This document shows, piece by piece, positions 10,795 to 23,900 of a stretch of DNA of 64,000 nt. Each line of letters opens with the position of its first letter. Within the stretch, counting starts at the first letter, position 1. Location of the stretch: positions 124,001 to 188,000 of the forward strand of contig NW_026250430.1 of assembly GCF_024521635.1 (NCBI RefSeq), in the 5' to 3' direction. Position numbers and translations under genes: made by a program. The DNA is from Tricharina praecox. Its lineage: Eukaryota. The notes beneath the pieces were generated by a model. It made no database searches. It was not told where the DNA came from and was given only the letters and a program-made list of their open reading frames with translations.

Positions 10795-13700
10795 GGTCTC
10801 GATCTCTACCGGCACCCTCCCCAGTATTTTCTCGCGGAGCGTTACTGCTGCAGCAACACGCAGTTAATCGTCCGAAATGTGACGAGATGCGACGACCCGA
10901 CTCGTGGGGGAGACGCGCAACGGCAAATGCCGGTTTAAAGCTTCTGCTTTGCACTACAGTGTCAACACGGTCTGTTCCACACACGCTCCTGCAACAACTC
11001 TGGATTGCGCTCACGATTGAAAGGATATACCCGTACGTCCGGACGAGGGGAAGATGCCGAGGGAACGACGCGTCGGGAGCGGTTGCGGATCTGCAGCGAG
11101 GGGGTTGCGCGACGAGACGCGGAGACGAGACGAGACGGGACGAGTCGCACGGGAACTACCGCGATGGCGCAGGAGTTTTCGTCGGCGCGGTTTCTGGGAT
11201 TCGGTGTGTGAGCATAGAGATGGCGGACTGACTGGCAAGGAGGAGAATCGCGCGGACGCAGCGGGCAGCGAGCAGGATGAGGGTGAGGAGAAGATGAGGA
11301 GGAAGATGTTCCAACGCAACGCTGTGAGCGGCGGTAGGACGGAAAAGGCTTGGGATGCAAGCGGGAACGGAGATGGGATGGAATGCGATACTCGCACGAA
11401 CGTAGGCTCTGGCTTGCAGGAAGGGGAATAGATTTACTTACTCTTGTGGCCTGCTCGTGTTTTTTTTTATTCCAGAGCAATGGAGACGAGGTTGAAGGAG
11501 CGGGAGTTGCCGGTTGAAGTACTTATGCGGGCGTTGTAAAGTGAGTGCGCTGGGGGGGGTGTATGGTGCGCGGTAGGGTAGGTAGGGGGGGGGGGGATGG
11601 CTGTACCGTCGCAGTGCTCAGGGGGCAAAGCGTTAAAGTGGAAGCCGAGTTACTTTGGAGGAAATCGACAGGCACTATGTATGCCTATGCCATAAAGTAG
11701 TGGGCCACGGCTATAATAGCATTATGGCAGGACGAGTTCGCTGCAGTGGTCTTCTCGTTCATTTTGCCAATGGAGGAAGTCGGTGAGAATGTAGCCCACG
11801 CGCGGTGATTCATGAAGAGTGACAAGCAAGAATATCCATCGATACGTTGCACCTGATCGCAATGCGGCAAATACGTGCATGCAGCCTCAGCCTCGACCGA
11901 GTCACCACAACCTAGGTTCGGTACACGTCTGCGAAGCACTTGGATGCGTGCGGAGAAAGATACTTTCGAAGAGACCGGACAGGACGAAAATGCGTCCGCC
12001 TCGGACAGCGAGAACTTGTACAATAAGCCCTGGTACAACGATAGATGGGTTCAGCCGTGAAGAAAAGGGGCGGGGGACAGCGAGAGGCAAGAGGCGAGGC
12101 AAGGCTGTCGCGTGTGCGACTTCAATACGCAACCGGGCGGCAAGTGCCACCTCATGCGTGAGGAATGTTTTGACCTCTGTTTTGTTTTTTCCTGCTCTGT
12201 CCCAGGCCGCGGCACATCCAAGGGCGCACCGATCCACCTCTAGTTATTTCTCCGCGGCGATGGAGAGAAGTCGAATTCAATTCACGCTTCAACTCGGAGA
12301 AGTGGGTGCATATGGTACATACCCCTCATCGTCGCCAACGCAGCCCCATCCGGAGGCGTTGCACGACAGGACGGTCCGGTTGATTCGACGACCGATATGT
12401 ATCATCACGTCAGATTCCAGAATTCCGGCTTGTGGAGAGGACAGGAGAGGAGGGCCACCGAGCGAGCGGGAGAGAGCGGGCCAACCAGCCGAGTTCTCGC
12501 CAGACATTCCTGACTCAGGTGGACGGCAGACAGCTCTTGGAGAAGATTATCGGTAGCTGCGGTTATTGGCTGGACGGGGAGCTGATATAGCGAGTGCAGA
12601 ACGACTCTTCGCAAACGACACTGCTGTCGGTCTCGAAGCCACCAATCCGCCCAGAATCTGCATACTAGGGTACACACTTCTTCCGAACCTACCGATCTAT
12701 ATCCAATACGCTCCGTCCTCTCGGTGCCGTGCCGTGCCAGGAACATAGGTATCTAGATCTAGATAAGATCAAGATGAAACGCTCACAACTTTAAATATGC
12801 TTACTTGGATCCGAGTGTATACTCTACATACTTCCATCTCACTCCCAAGTATGATATGCATACGCCATATGCTTACATGTCAGCATCCGACCATCGACTA
12901 GAGTACTCGTATTCTGCGAACCGTCGGAGGTCGTATTCTTACGAAGCTTCACGACATCTTCCAAGTTCGCCCAACGTCAGCAGTCCGTCCAACCTCTCTC
13001 GGATATACGGAGCTGTCGGACCATAAGGACAGGATAATAATAGGCCTCATCTATGCCGACTCTTACCGTTAATCCCGACGGTGTGCGACGACAATCACCG
13101 CGTCTCACTCGCAGCCATTGCTTTTCCGCTCCGTCTTCGGACTTTGTAGGTAGATATTCTGCTCTCGGGTAGGTTTTGGATGCAACACATCAGCTGTAAG
13201 ACGGTGATCGTAGAGTAGAACATGTATCGTCCTCGTCCTCGCTGTCGGGCTTGGTCTCGGACGCGGGGAGCGCTGGACTCCGGCTCGACAACAGTACCTA
13301 CCACTTATTATGCAGCGGCATACATTGATCGGAGGCACTTGGTACATAGCTCATAGTTACCAACTTAGGTACTATGCAACCTCAGGCTCCAGACACTTTC
13401 CTCCTGTTCCAACATATATGTATTCAGCGATCTTTCGACCGAGCTTTCATCAGGGTCAATGCAAGCGTAACTCGCCGCTCGACGTTACACGACATGACAC
13501 CAATATCACCTGGTGTCTAAAGTCTTATCGTCGTCGAAAGTGGGGTGGGGGGGTTTGCATGTGCCGCCGACGAACATCTCTGCGGCCGAGAGAGGGATCC
13601 CATAACCGTGAGAGCAAACTCACCTACCTGCCGAATCAGAAAACTAACCTCCGATGGGTGATACGCCGTGAAGACGAAGCACTTTTCTGCGATATCACGA

Positions 13701-14237
13701 GATACTAGTAACTATCGTCCACGCATCAGCCTGTTTCGATATAGACTGCGGTGGAATCGACAGTAATTAAGAAGGCCGTATGCCCATATAAAGTACCTAC
13801 GTGCCCCTGAGCCATCTCTCTATCAATCGATTGGCCGGAAATCGCCGCCGCGATGTACCAACTGTACAGAGTGAAAATGCAACGTCGAATCCAGAGTCCA
13901 TTGGATTCGAATGTGCCAGAGTAAACCCAGTGAATAAGCCGGAAACCCCTCCCATTCCACTGTTGATCCGATATAGAGTATTCGCCCGAGCCTTCTCTCT
14001 CCACTACCCCACGGCGGCAGTCCGCCCGTGACTGTACCATGAGGGCTCACTCGCTGCTTATCTAACTCCCCAGCAGTTGGTTGGTAGTTAGACTTTTAGC
14101 TCCCCCAGCGCTTTGGCGCGGCCAGCGTTGCCGGAACACGTCGCAATTGAATGACGTATGCTATATAGCTCCGCAGCTGTAACTATTCTCGCGATGCCCC
14201 ACGAACTTCACACACGCACTGACACCATCACATCGCG

Positions 14238-16882
14238 ATGAAGCCCTCCCGCCGCCCGCGCAAGCGTGTCGCGGAACGTCAGCCACTTCTTTCGACCGTC
14301 CCTCTCTCCGCCGCACCCACGCGCTATCCCAGCACGCGCTCCCGCACCCTTCGCCGCGGCGTTACCGTGTTGCTCAGCATTGGGCTCTCGTACCTATTTC
14401 TAAGCCTGCTCTTCCCATCGCTCCCGCCATTCGGCGTTCACTCCACTGCCTTCATCAAGAGCCAGCAGAATGCGCGCGCGCACTCAAGCCGCATGCCGCT
14501 TGCGATGCTGGAGGAGCTGATGCTGCTGACGCCGCGGGAGGAGATGGCGCGGAAGCATTCGCAGTACTACACTAGCGGGCCGCATCTGGGCGGCAAGAAT
14601 TACTCCCAGGCACTGTGGACCCAGGCGAGGTGGATCGAGTATGGGATTCCCGAAGTCGAGATTGTTACTTATGAGATTTATGCGAATTATCCGAGGGGGC
14701 ATAGGTTGGGGTTGTTGAGGGAGGTGGAAGATGGCAAGGAGGTGCAAAAGAGAGAGATCATTGATGGCACACATTACGAATTGATGTATGAGGCCGGGCT
14801 GGAGGAGGAGGTGCTGGAGGATGATCCGACTACGGGTCTGGAGGATAGGATTCCGACGTTTCACGGTTACAGGTGCGTCTGAGTCTTTATTACGTACCAG
14901 TCCCTCTCCAGTGCTGATGGGTTGTAAACAGTGCGAACGGAAACGTTACAGCGGAGTACATATTCGCCAACTACGGGGTGAGTAAAATCGAGTTCCATCA
15001 CATCTTATGGCCATTGACTGACAATTGACAGACCTACCAAGACTTCGAAGACCTGCTCACGCACGGCGTGAACCTGACCGGAAAAGTAATCCTCTGCAAA
15101 TACGGCCACATCTTCCGGGGTCTCAAAGTGAAGCGTGCGCAAGACCTCGGAGCCGTCGGAGTACTCATCTACTCCGACCCGGGCGATGACGGTACGGGGC
15201 AAAAACAATCACAACCATGGGCTCGCCAGATCACTGACTCTAGTGTAGGCAACATCACCGAACTGAACGGGTACGAAGTGTACCCCGACGGCCCCGCGCG
15301 GAACCCGCATTCAGTGCAACGGGGCAGCGTCCAATTCCTCTCCTTCGGGCCAGGGGACCCAACGACGCCCGGTTACGCCAGCAAGCCGGGCGTAGTCCGA
15401 CAAGACCCCAGCCCTTTTATCCCGTCGATCCCGTCACTCCCCATCTCCTACGTCGACGCACTGCCGCTGCTCTCGGCACTCAACAGCCACGGGCCCAACT
15501 CGAGTGATCTGGGCGCGCACTGGCGCACCGGCGGCCTGTACCACAAGAACGTTACGTACAACATCGGTCCTGCCCCAGGCGTGGTACTCAACCTCGTCAA
15601 CGAGGTCGACTACGAGATCACGCCCATGTGGGACGTCATCGGCCGGATCCCCGGGCACATAAGCGACGAGACCGTGATCCTCGGGAACCACCGAGATGGT
15701 ACGTCGTCCTCCTTCTCCGCTAAAATCTACTTTTACTGATATATCACAGCCTGGATCGCCGGCGGCGCCGGCGACCCCTCAAGCGGCAGCGCCGCCCTTT
15801 TAGAGATCGCGCGCAGCTTCGGGAAGATGTTCCATGCCGGCTGGAAGCCCACGCGCTCCATCCTCCTCGCATCATGGGACGGGGAGGAGTACGGTTTGCT
15901 GGGCAGCACCGAATGGGTCGAGGAGCACCGGGCCACACTTCACACGCACGCACTCGCGTACATCAACGTTGACGTTGGCGCGCGCGGCAGCGCGTTCTTC
16001 GCCGCCGCCAACCCGCTGCTGCATTCGCTTTTGCGCAGCGCGACCGCGCGGGTCGCGGATCCCGACGCGGCGGCGGAGGGGCGGTTTAACATCAGCGTGA
16101 GGGACCGGTGGAGTGGTCGCATCGCCCCGCTGGGCTCAGGGAGTGATTACACTGCGTTCCAGGACCACGTCGGCATTCCGTCCGTGGACATGGGGTTCCG
16201 TGAAGCCAAAGGGGGGCCGGTGTACCACTACCATAGCAACTACGATAGCTTCCGCTGGATGGAACGCTACGGTGACCCCGGGTTTGCGTATCATGTCGCT
16301 ATTGCAAAGATCTGGGGCCTCGTGGCTCTGCGATTGGCAGAGGAGCAGATCGTACAGTTCAACGCGACGGATTACGCCCTCGCCCTACAGGGCTACTTGG
16401 ACGCCATTATCGCGGAGGTCAACTCCACTTCCACCCCGCCCCCCGCCTCCCCCACCCCCCCAACGGCACACCACCCAACCCGCGCCACCCTCCTGCACAC
16501 CCTGCACCACCTCTCCTCGACCCTCCACCACTTCACCCATACAGCAGCGCGCTTCGACGCCCGTGCCGCCCACCTATCCCACGAACTCTCGCAGCCCCCA
16601 AGTACAATCCCGTGGTGGCGCCGCTACCTTCTCTACATCCGCGCGCGCGCAGTAAACACGCGGTACAAATACCTCGACCGGGCGTTTATCCACCCGCCCG
16701 GGCTCGAGGGCCGCCCGTGGTTTCGACATGTAGTATATGCGCCCGGGAAGTGGACGGGGTACGCGGGGGATACGTTTCCGGGGCTCAGGGAGGCGGTGAA
16801 GGAAGGGGATTGGCAAGCGGCGGTTAGGTGGGCGTGGGTTATTAGGGCGGCGGTGGAGGGGGCGGGGTGTGAGTTGGCTTGA
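14238..16882 (+). CDS. Membrane-anchored M28 glutamate carboxypeptidase / transferrin-receptor-like protein (Vps70/Tre2 family), multi-exon
   Basis: N-terminal TM helix. PA domain (YGHIFRGLKVKRAQDLGAVGVLIYSDP). Peptidase motifs GNHRD|AW, GAGDPSSG, SWDGEEYGLLGSTEW, GSGSDYTAF and YHYHSNYDS. TFR dimer domain (GLEGRPWFRHVVYAPG). Confidence 0.92.
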
Positions 16883-17329
16883 GATCTTCATTTTTTTGTT
16901 TTAGGGGGAGGGAGTAAAGGGAGTTGTAGTACCGAGGAGGGGAGAGGGAGGGGGTGATACCTTATGCAGCAGAGAGTGCGAAATTTCATGAATGATGTTG
17001 ACGACGATGATGTACACGAACAGTCGCAGTCACAGTAGCGAGATCAAGAGCAGAAGCAGGAGCAATTTACCAACACCTTGATCTCCGAGAGTGTCCGCCC
17101 TTATATACTGCGTTTATGTACTTGTTATGATGCATACCAAAGACCCAAAACCTGCACTCCCCAAACCCGCACTCCCCCAATCCTCCAACTGACGCACCGA
17201 GCTCCCCATTCCCCTATTCCCCGTAAGCCTTCCATCATCCCTATGCACCTATGCCTCTCCCTCCTTCCCTCCCTCCCTAGTCCAAATGGTAGAAGAAAAA
17301 AAACACAATATGAACAGAGCAAGTGATGA

Positions 17330-17439
17330 AAGCAACATCGAAAACAATAGCAGCAATATCAATAGAAACAGCAATAGAAACAGCAACAGCAACAGCAATA
17401 GAAATAGCAGTAGCAACAACAACAGCAATAACAATAGCA

Positions 17440-17470
<31 letters not shown>

Positions 17471-17480
17471 CAGCAATAAC
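17330..17480. repeat. Compound (AGC/AAC/AAT) trinucleotide low-complexity tract in the probable 3' UTR of the Gag-ZF gene
   Basis: agcaacagcaatagaaac-type repeats. They produce spurious poly-L, poly-N/S and poly-A/T ORFs. Confidence 0.9.
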
Positions 17481-17732
17481 GCGCCCTACGCCCACTACTC
17501 CAGCAGACAGACAACGATCAGAAATTCCATGGCAGACAAGAAGGAAGAAACATCAAGCAAGAAGGAAAGGAAATGAAAGGAAAGAAAGGGAACAAAAAGC
17601 AAGCCAGCAGCACAAGCGAGGAAAGAAAGAAAGGTTCGTAACGCATCGCAAGAAAAAGAAAAAGAAAACAAGAAACAAGAAAGAAAGCCAAGATGGCTAG
17701 ATATGCCCACTGCCCATCGTTCAATCATGCAA

Positions 17733-19531
17733 TCATGACTCGACGGGAAACACCCTCGGGTCCTGCACCAAGACACCTCCCTCACCCTTCTGCACGACGC
17801 CCTCCTTGACCGCCCAGTCGACAAAGTCCTTATCGACGGTCCACTCGTCTCCCTTGGCGCCGTTCGTGTAGTGCTCGCCGACGTGGTCGACACACGCCTC
17901 CCATCCTCCCGCGCCCTCAAACACCCGTCCGCAGAAGCCGCAGGTGCTCTTCTCCGGCGGCTTACGGCGCTCCTTCTTACAGCGTTCTTGGATCTCGTTA
18001 GAGTTCGTGGGCGTATGCATGCGCTTGAGGTGCTGGCCAAACAGGTCTTTACGGTTGAAGAAGGCCTTGCGGTTGGCGCACGAAGGGTAGTCGCAGCGCC
18101 AGTACCATAGCTGGAGGTGGATGTGGTTGATGTGGCGCTTCCATTCGTTTTTGCTGCTGAAAGTTTGTGTGCACGATGCGAAGGTGAATAGACAGGTGAA
18201 GGGGCGGTCTAGTGCGTGCTGAGCGGCAGTGGCGGCAGTGAGGGCAACGAGGGGATTGCTGGCAGGAGAGGACGACGGAGGAAGTATTTCCCGACTATGA
18301 CAAAAAAAAAAGGGGTTAGAACAAATTAAAGATGAATGCAGAAACAGACAACGTACCGAAGTTGAATCTTTTGCTTCCGTCCGCCATTGCGAGGTGTTAT
18401 TTTTGGCTTCTTGAAATCCTCCCTATCTTCCGTAGCCCTTTTCTTACCGTCCGATGTTGGCGAGATGCCAGATACATCGTCGTCGCCCGAGTCGTGGTGC
18501 GGCCGCTTGGTGCTTCTGTTCCGCGCAATGGCTATGGGAACATTTCCGCTACGAAGCGGAGGGGCGGAAGTCAGGGTAGTAGGCGATGGCGAGATCGCCA
18601 CAGCCGGCGGATGATCCGCGCCCATTCCGAGCAGCGGCTTCTTCGCAATCTGCATCGGAGCTGGCGGCAGTGGAGCAGCAGCAGCAGCCAGAGGCTGCTC
18701 CCTCTTCACAACTCCCATATGCTCTGTTGCGGTAGCCTGTGTTGCAGCTATCGCTGACGCATTGACGGCCCTCTGTCGCTTCTCCGTTTCCTCCTGCATG
18801 AGAGCACCCTTGACGTCGCCCAGTCCGTAGCCGCCCCTCCTCTCCAACACGCTCACGATACTCTGGTACTCCTCCGCAACGTCCATCAGGATGCAGTCGG
18901 CCAGCTCGCTCTCGTCGACCAGCGTGCCCAGATCCAGCAGCTTCTCGGATATGACCACCTTGCGATTGATAAAGTCGCGCATGCTCTCGCACGGGTCCAT
19001 GGGCGATTTGTACAGTTGGCGTCGCAGCGACAGACGCGTTGGCTTCTGCGCGTGCGACGCATCGTAGAGTCTCTCGAAGACCTCCCACGCCGTCTTTCCG
19101 TCGTCCTGACAATGCGCGATGTGCCGCTGCTGCGGCGGGGTAAGTCCGAGCACAATGGTGTCGAACGCGGTCTCGTTACGCTCGTCGTATGCGTCGTCGT
19201 CCAGCACCGTAATCTTTTTCGATGTCACGCTGCTGGAGTTGGCGGCCGAGATCGAGTTGTCTGTGGCGGCGGCGACAACCACGCTGGCGTCAGTGGCGGC
19301 GGCGGCGGTGGTGGCGGCGGAAGAGGATGTCGACGACGGCAACGACGATAGTGACGACGACGACGACGCCGAAGAGGGAACCGAAGACTTCTTGATCTCA
19401 CGTCCCGACACGATTTTCCAAACACCGTCGCGGTTCAGACACGATTTCATCTCGACCTTCCATGTTGCGTAGTTTTCGGCACCCCGGAGCTTGTCGACGT
19501 TGTGCACCGGCGAGTGGTTATTGTCAACCAT
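17733..19531 (-). CDS. Chimeric protein: Ty1/Copia Gag-like N-terminal domain fused to a C2H2 zinc-finger transcription-factor module (578 aa; exons 19531-18357 and 18294-17733)
   Basis: Exon 1: VDKLRGAENYATWKVEMKSCLNRDGVWKIVSG...KTAWEVFERLY...LRRQLYKSPMDPCESMRDFINR...LGTLVDESELADCILMDVAEEYQSIVSVL...DVKGALMQEE, a DUF4219 + Retrotran_gag_2/UBN2-like pattern. Intron 18356-18295 (GTACGT...CTAAC...TAG) keeps the frame. Exon 2: RPFTCLFTFASCTQTFSSKNEWKRHINHIH...WRCDYPSC...FNRKDLFGQHLKRMH...CGFCGRVFEG...WEACVDHVGEH. Confidence 0.85.
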
Positions 19532-20471
19532 TGCTTGAACGGGGTCGTCAGACGAGACGACGCACCCAGTCGACAGGCAGGGAAGGATGAATTGCGTGGG
19601 TCTTGCTTTGCTTTTTTGGTGCAGAGCCCTACTGGTTTCGAAGTTCGACTCGAAGGGTGGCTGGGGGAAGAAAACTCAATCGCTCAATTGCGCTCTTCTC
19701 TCCCTCGGCGCATTCGGGTTGACTTGAGTGCGGGTAGGGGGAAGGTGGGTGGGTGGGAGGGAGGGGGGATAATGCTCTATCAGCGGGAAGGCGGGTTGGC
19801 GGCTGAGTGGGATGGCGGTGGAGGTGGAGGTGGAGGTGGTGGAGGTGGAGGTGGTGGTGGGTGGTTGTGGTTGTGGTGGAGGTGGAGGGTATGAGGGCGA
19901 CGAAAACAACAAGAGGGCGACGATCGGTGGTGGTCTAGACGACGGTCGGTGTGGGTCGGTCGGTGAGGCCCGAGTTCTAGCTGGCGGGGATGGGGCTGTT
20001 TCGTAGGCGGGCGGCCACAACAACAACCAGCAACGTTGACAGCAAGAAAGTGCAGCAAGTGTGCGGTGGTATTGGGAGAGGAGATGTGTTTCGATAAGAA
20101 GAAGTAGAAGAGAAAAGAATAAGACGACGGCTCGAGGAAGCAAGGGAAGGCAAGAAAGCAAGGCCGAGGAGAAGAGAAGAAAGAAGAAGAATAAGAATAA
20201 GGATCAGAAGAAGAGGAAGAAGAAGAAGGCCAGAGGAAAGGCAGATAGAAAACAGCCGGCAGTTAAGTTAAGTTATGGTGAACTAGATATGAAGGCCGGC
20301 TGGCAGGGAAGGGCAGGCAGGCAGGCAAGAAAGCAAGAAAGCAGGCGGGCAGGGCCAGGAAGGCCAGGCGAAGAGAGAGTATAGTAATAGTAGAGGGGGG
20401 AGGGAAGGAGGGAGGGAAGAAGAGGGCTGACGACGGTAGGTGGAGAATTAGATTGATAGTGGGCGAGGGTT

Positions 20472-20504
<33 letters not shown>

Positions 20505-20869
20505 TGATGGGTGGCCGGTCGTAAGGTGTTACTAGTCGATGCTGGCTGGCTGGCTGGCTGGATCCGGGTGTGCTCTATCTCTGGCTGCTTGCTTGCACTC
20601 TCTTTCTCTCCGCCTGTGGTGCTTGCTGCTGCTCTGCTCTGCTGGCGAAGGAGAGAGCGGCAATCAATGGCGGGGTTTTCGGGAACTAAGAGAAGCGAAG
20701 AAAACAAGCGATGTGATATGTAGATAGAGTCCTCGTGTCGTCTTCGTGATCTCTTCGTTGGGTGGTGGTGATTGATGACGGTAGATAATAATTTAATCAA
20801 AAGGGAAGCAATTCGATCACGACGTCTAGGTTTCCACGAGTGTGTGCGAGGCCACTGCAAAAGAAGAAG

Positions 20870-20921
20870 AAAAGAAGAAAAGAAGAAAAGAAGAAAAGAA
20901 GAAAAGAAGAAAAGAAGAAAA
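20870..20921. repeat. (AAGAAAAG/AAG)n purine microsatellite within an SSR-dense non-coding region
   Basis: Read directly. Neighbouring (GGCT)n, (GGAGGT)n and (GGCAG)n tracts lie between 19810 and 21100. Confidence 0.9.
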
Positions 20922-23900
20922 ATCACACACAGCTGCTGTCCCTGGATGCGACCGAGTCCCAGTCAGTCCCTCTCGAAGCTCCGCTGAGAGAAAGGCCCCC
21001 ACAGCCAGACGGACGTACGAACGGACAGGGTGGGGCGGGCAGGGCAGGGCGGGCGGGGCGGGCAGGGCGGGAGGGAGGGCGGGAGGGATGGGGGGAGGGT
21101 GCAAGATACAGCGGGAGAAAACAACTGCTCGAGGAAGATTCAATGCGAGGGTGGCAACACAAGGCGGGGAGGGGGCAGAGGAAACAGCAGCAAGCAAGCA
21201 CAGGCAAGGCAAGGGCCGACGTCCTATATAGTTTGAGAGGGATCCATAACAACCGAATCGGGCTTCACACAACACCACCGCAAGAAAGAGAAGAAAAAAT
21301 GCAGAGAGACGACGCAGTGTACTTGGGTGCTTTGTTTTCTGTTTGTCTGTTTTTCACCATTGATTGCATGCGACTGCACTGGGTGCTCGAATGCGTGCAG
21401 ACTACACTTACTTGGTTACGGCTGGCTACCAAGAGACTCGAGAGATCGAGCGAGTGGGCGTGCGTGCGTGGTAGGTAGGAAGTGTACCGGTATGTACTTA
21501 CCAAGCTACGGTGCTTGGGTAGGAGGTATGCCGAGTACTCAGGTCGGCGGGTGCTCAAGTACTCTGCGCACTTGGATAGGTGGCGGTGGTACGTCTCTCC
21601 CCGTCCCCCGTCGTTGTCGTCGTCGTCGTTCTCGTCCCCGTCCCCCCTCTATTGCGCCCCGTATGTAGGCTGTCTGTCTCTCGGAGGGCAGGCGCTGGTA
21701 TATGGTTCGAGCGAGCGAAAGGCTACTGCAACCACTGCAACCAATCCCACGCCTCGGGCTACATAAGCTACATGAGCTAAGCTAAGCTGCACGACGAGTG
21801 GTGGGTGCAGAGGACCTCTAGTGCAGTCGTGCAGTCTGCGGCCCCATCCGCATCCAATGCGCTTGGTACTAGGTGGTTACGGTGAATTGGCCTGCAGAAT
21901 CTGTACGAGTATGTGCGGTATGTAGTTCATACTTGCCATACACCGGGAACGGGTGGGTCGGGGTCGAGGTCGAGGTGCGTGGGCGGGCGGGCGGGCGAGG
22001 TTTGGGGCGAGGTTTGAACTTTGGGGAGGGAGAGAAGGTAGAATCGGTACTTCAGCCTGGAGAATCCTGTGGGTGCTTACGCACGTACGTATGCAACTGT
22101 CACTGGAACCGAGAAGGAAAGAAGTCGATATGGCGCTGCGATGCGTTGCGTTGCTTCCTCCCCTCCTTCCGCTGCGAAGGAACTATCATACCGGACGGTA
22201 CATACATACACGGTGGTTAGTTATACCGTACCGTCCCCCACGATACGCTCCCCTACTACCCAAGTACTCCCCTGCCCAGTACCTCTGCCAGTACCTCTGC
22301 CAACCCTACTCGTAGAAACAACCCGGGAAAGGCGAATCGAATACATACTCTATCGTTCGTTCGTTGCCGGCCAATGGCCCAATGGTACTCTACTAGTATG
22401 TAGCAAAGTTACTTGGTCAAGGCTGCGCGACCAATCGCCGTCGCTCGGCAAGGCACTCGCTCACTGCCTGCAGCTCGCTCGCAGCTCGCTCGCCCGCGAG
22501 AGGCGAGGGCGGCTCGGAGCCTTTTGCTTGCGTGCCTGATTGCGTGCTCCAGGCTCCAGTAAACCGTGTCTCGAAGGATCGTGTCTCGACTGATCGGAAC
22601 GCATTGACGATATACCTGGTACGTAGTAGCAGTAGTACGGTAGGTATCGTCGTGAGCTGGGTCGGCCTTTGTTTGTATCATACAAGGTCCGAATCTAGGG
22701 TCTCTGTTTGGGCCAATTCTTCTCCTCCGCTCACGGCCCGGCAGCCAGACAGTTTGGACAGAATGGACAGCCCGTCGAAGACGACCGTCGACTGCCGTAC
22801 CGTATTTGCACGCATCTACTTATCTTCAGTTGTGTCCCGGTGCTTCACGATGCCCCTCCTCTACATATGTAGAGTACGGTGTGTACGGTATCGATTGCCG
22901 TGGCCGCGTTGCGTTGATTGGCGATTTTGGCGATTCGTCGCTTACCTGCCGTACTTATGTCGACCCATTCAACCCGACCCATCGGACCAATTATCGACTC
23001 CATGAGTCCATCATCCACGCCACGCCACGCCACGCCACGCCGGGAACGCCACGCCGCCACCTCGAAACACCGTGCCGCGCCGATGCAAAACAAGGCAAAA
23101 CAAGGCAAAACAAGGCTCCCCGCCTTACCGTACCTTATCCCGCTACCGGTACCGGTACCGGCACCAGTGCGCCGGAATCACTACGAGGCTTCACTATCGA
23201 TTACTTATCTACAAACCGGTACTTACCATATGGACGCATGTGCTAGAGTTGTAAGCCTTATGCGTTTACGTCCAAAGTTCAGTAGATATCGCTCGATGCG
23301 GCGGTCACTTGGGAGCCGAGTGAGTGTATGTACTTGCCCAAGTACTCGAATGGTTCTTCAGGGCCCATCGCAATCGGATCGGATCGGGGCGTTTTGTATA
23401 GTGCTATGTACTCTACAATACACAGATCCACTCCTGAATCAACCTCAATGAATCAATGGGAACTCCTCACGGGTCACGGCGAAAAACCCACATCCAACCA
23501 AAGGGCGTTCCAATAGGTAATCGACTTAATCCACAGGCACAAGCTTTCCCTCCCCACAGCCTTCCATTCCAACAGCCTTCCTTCCCTCCCCACAGCCGCA
23601 GCCGCAGCCTCGGAGGTTCGGAGGATCGAAGGCTCGGATGATCCTGGCTGGCTGGCCGCTCTGGTTTCGATGATGCTGCCGTATGTATCTGGATTCTGAG
23701 TACCTACTGTTACCAAGAATTTCTACAGTACTCGGCCACCCCGTTTCAGGCTACCTAGATTTGTGTGGGTCCGCGCAGCAGCGTTTCACCTTGCGTCTAT
23801 CACTGCGTCTATCACTACAGTACAGTATTTTCGTGGGTATAGTACCAGTACATACTGCTGGTGGAGTAGGTCCACGGAAGAATATGATACCTATACATAC

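Noticed and set aside
17249..17700. Poly-Leu, poly-Asn/Ser and poly-Ala/Thr ORFs
   Set aside because: They are translations of a microsatellite tract in several frames.
18326..19531. An intact Copia retrotransposon, or a standalone gag ORF ending YVVCFCIHL
   Set aside because: No CCHC knuckle, protease, integrase, RT, PBS or LTR is visible. The ORF's last residues are intron sequence after a GTACGT donor.
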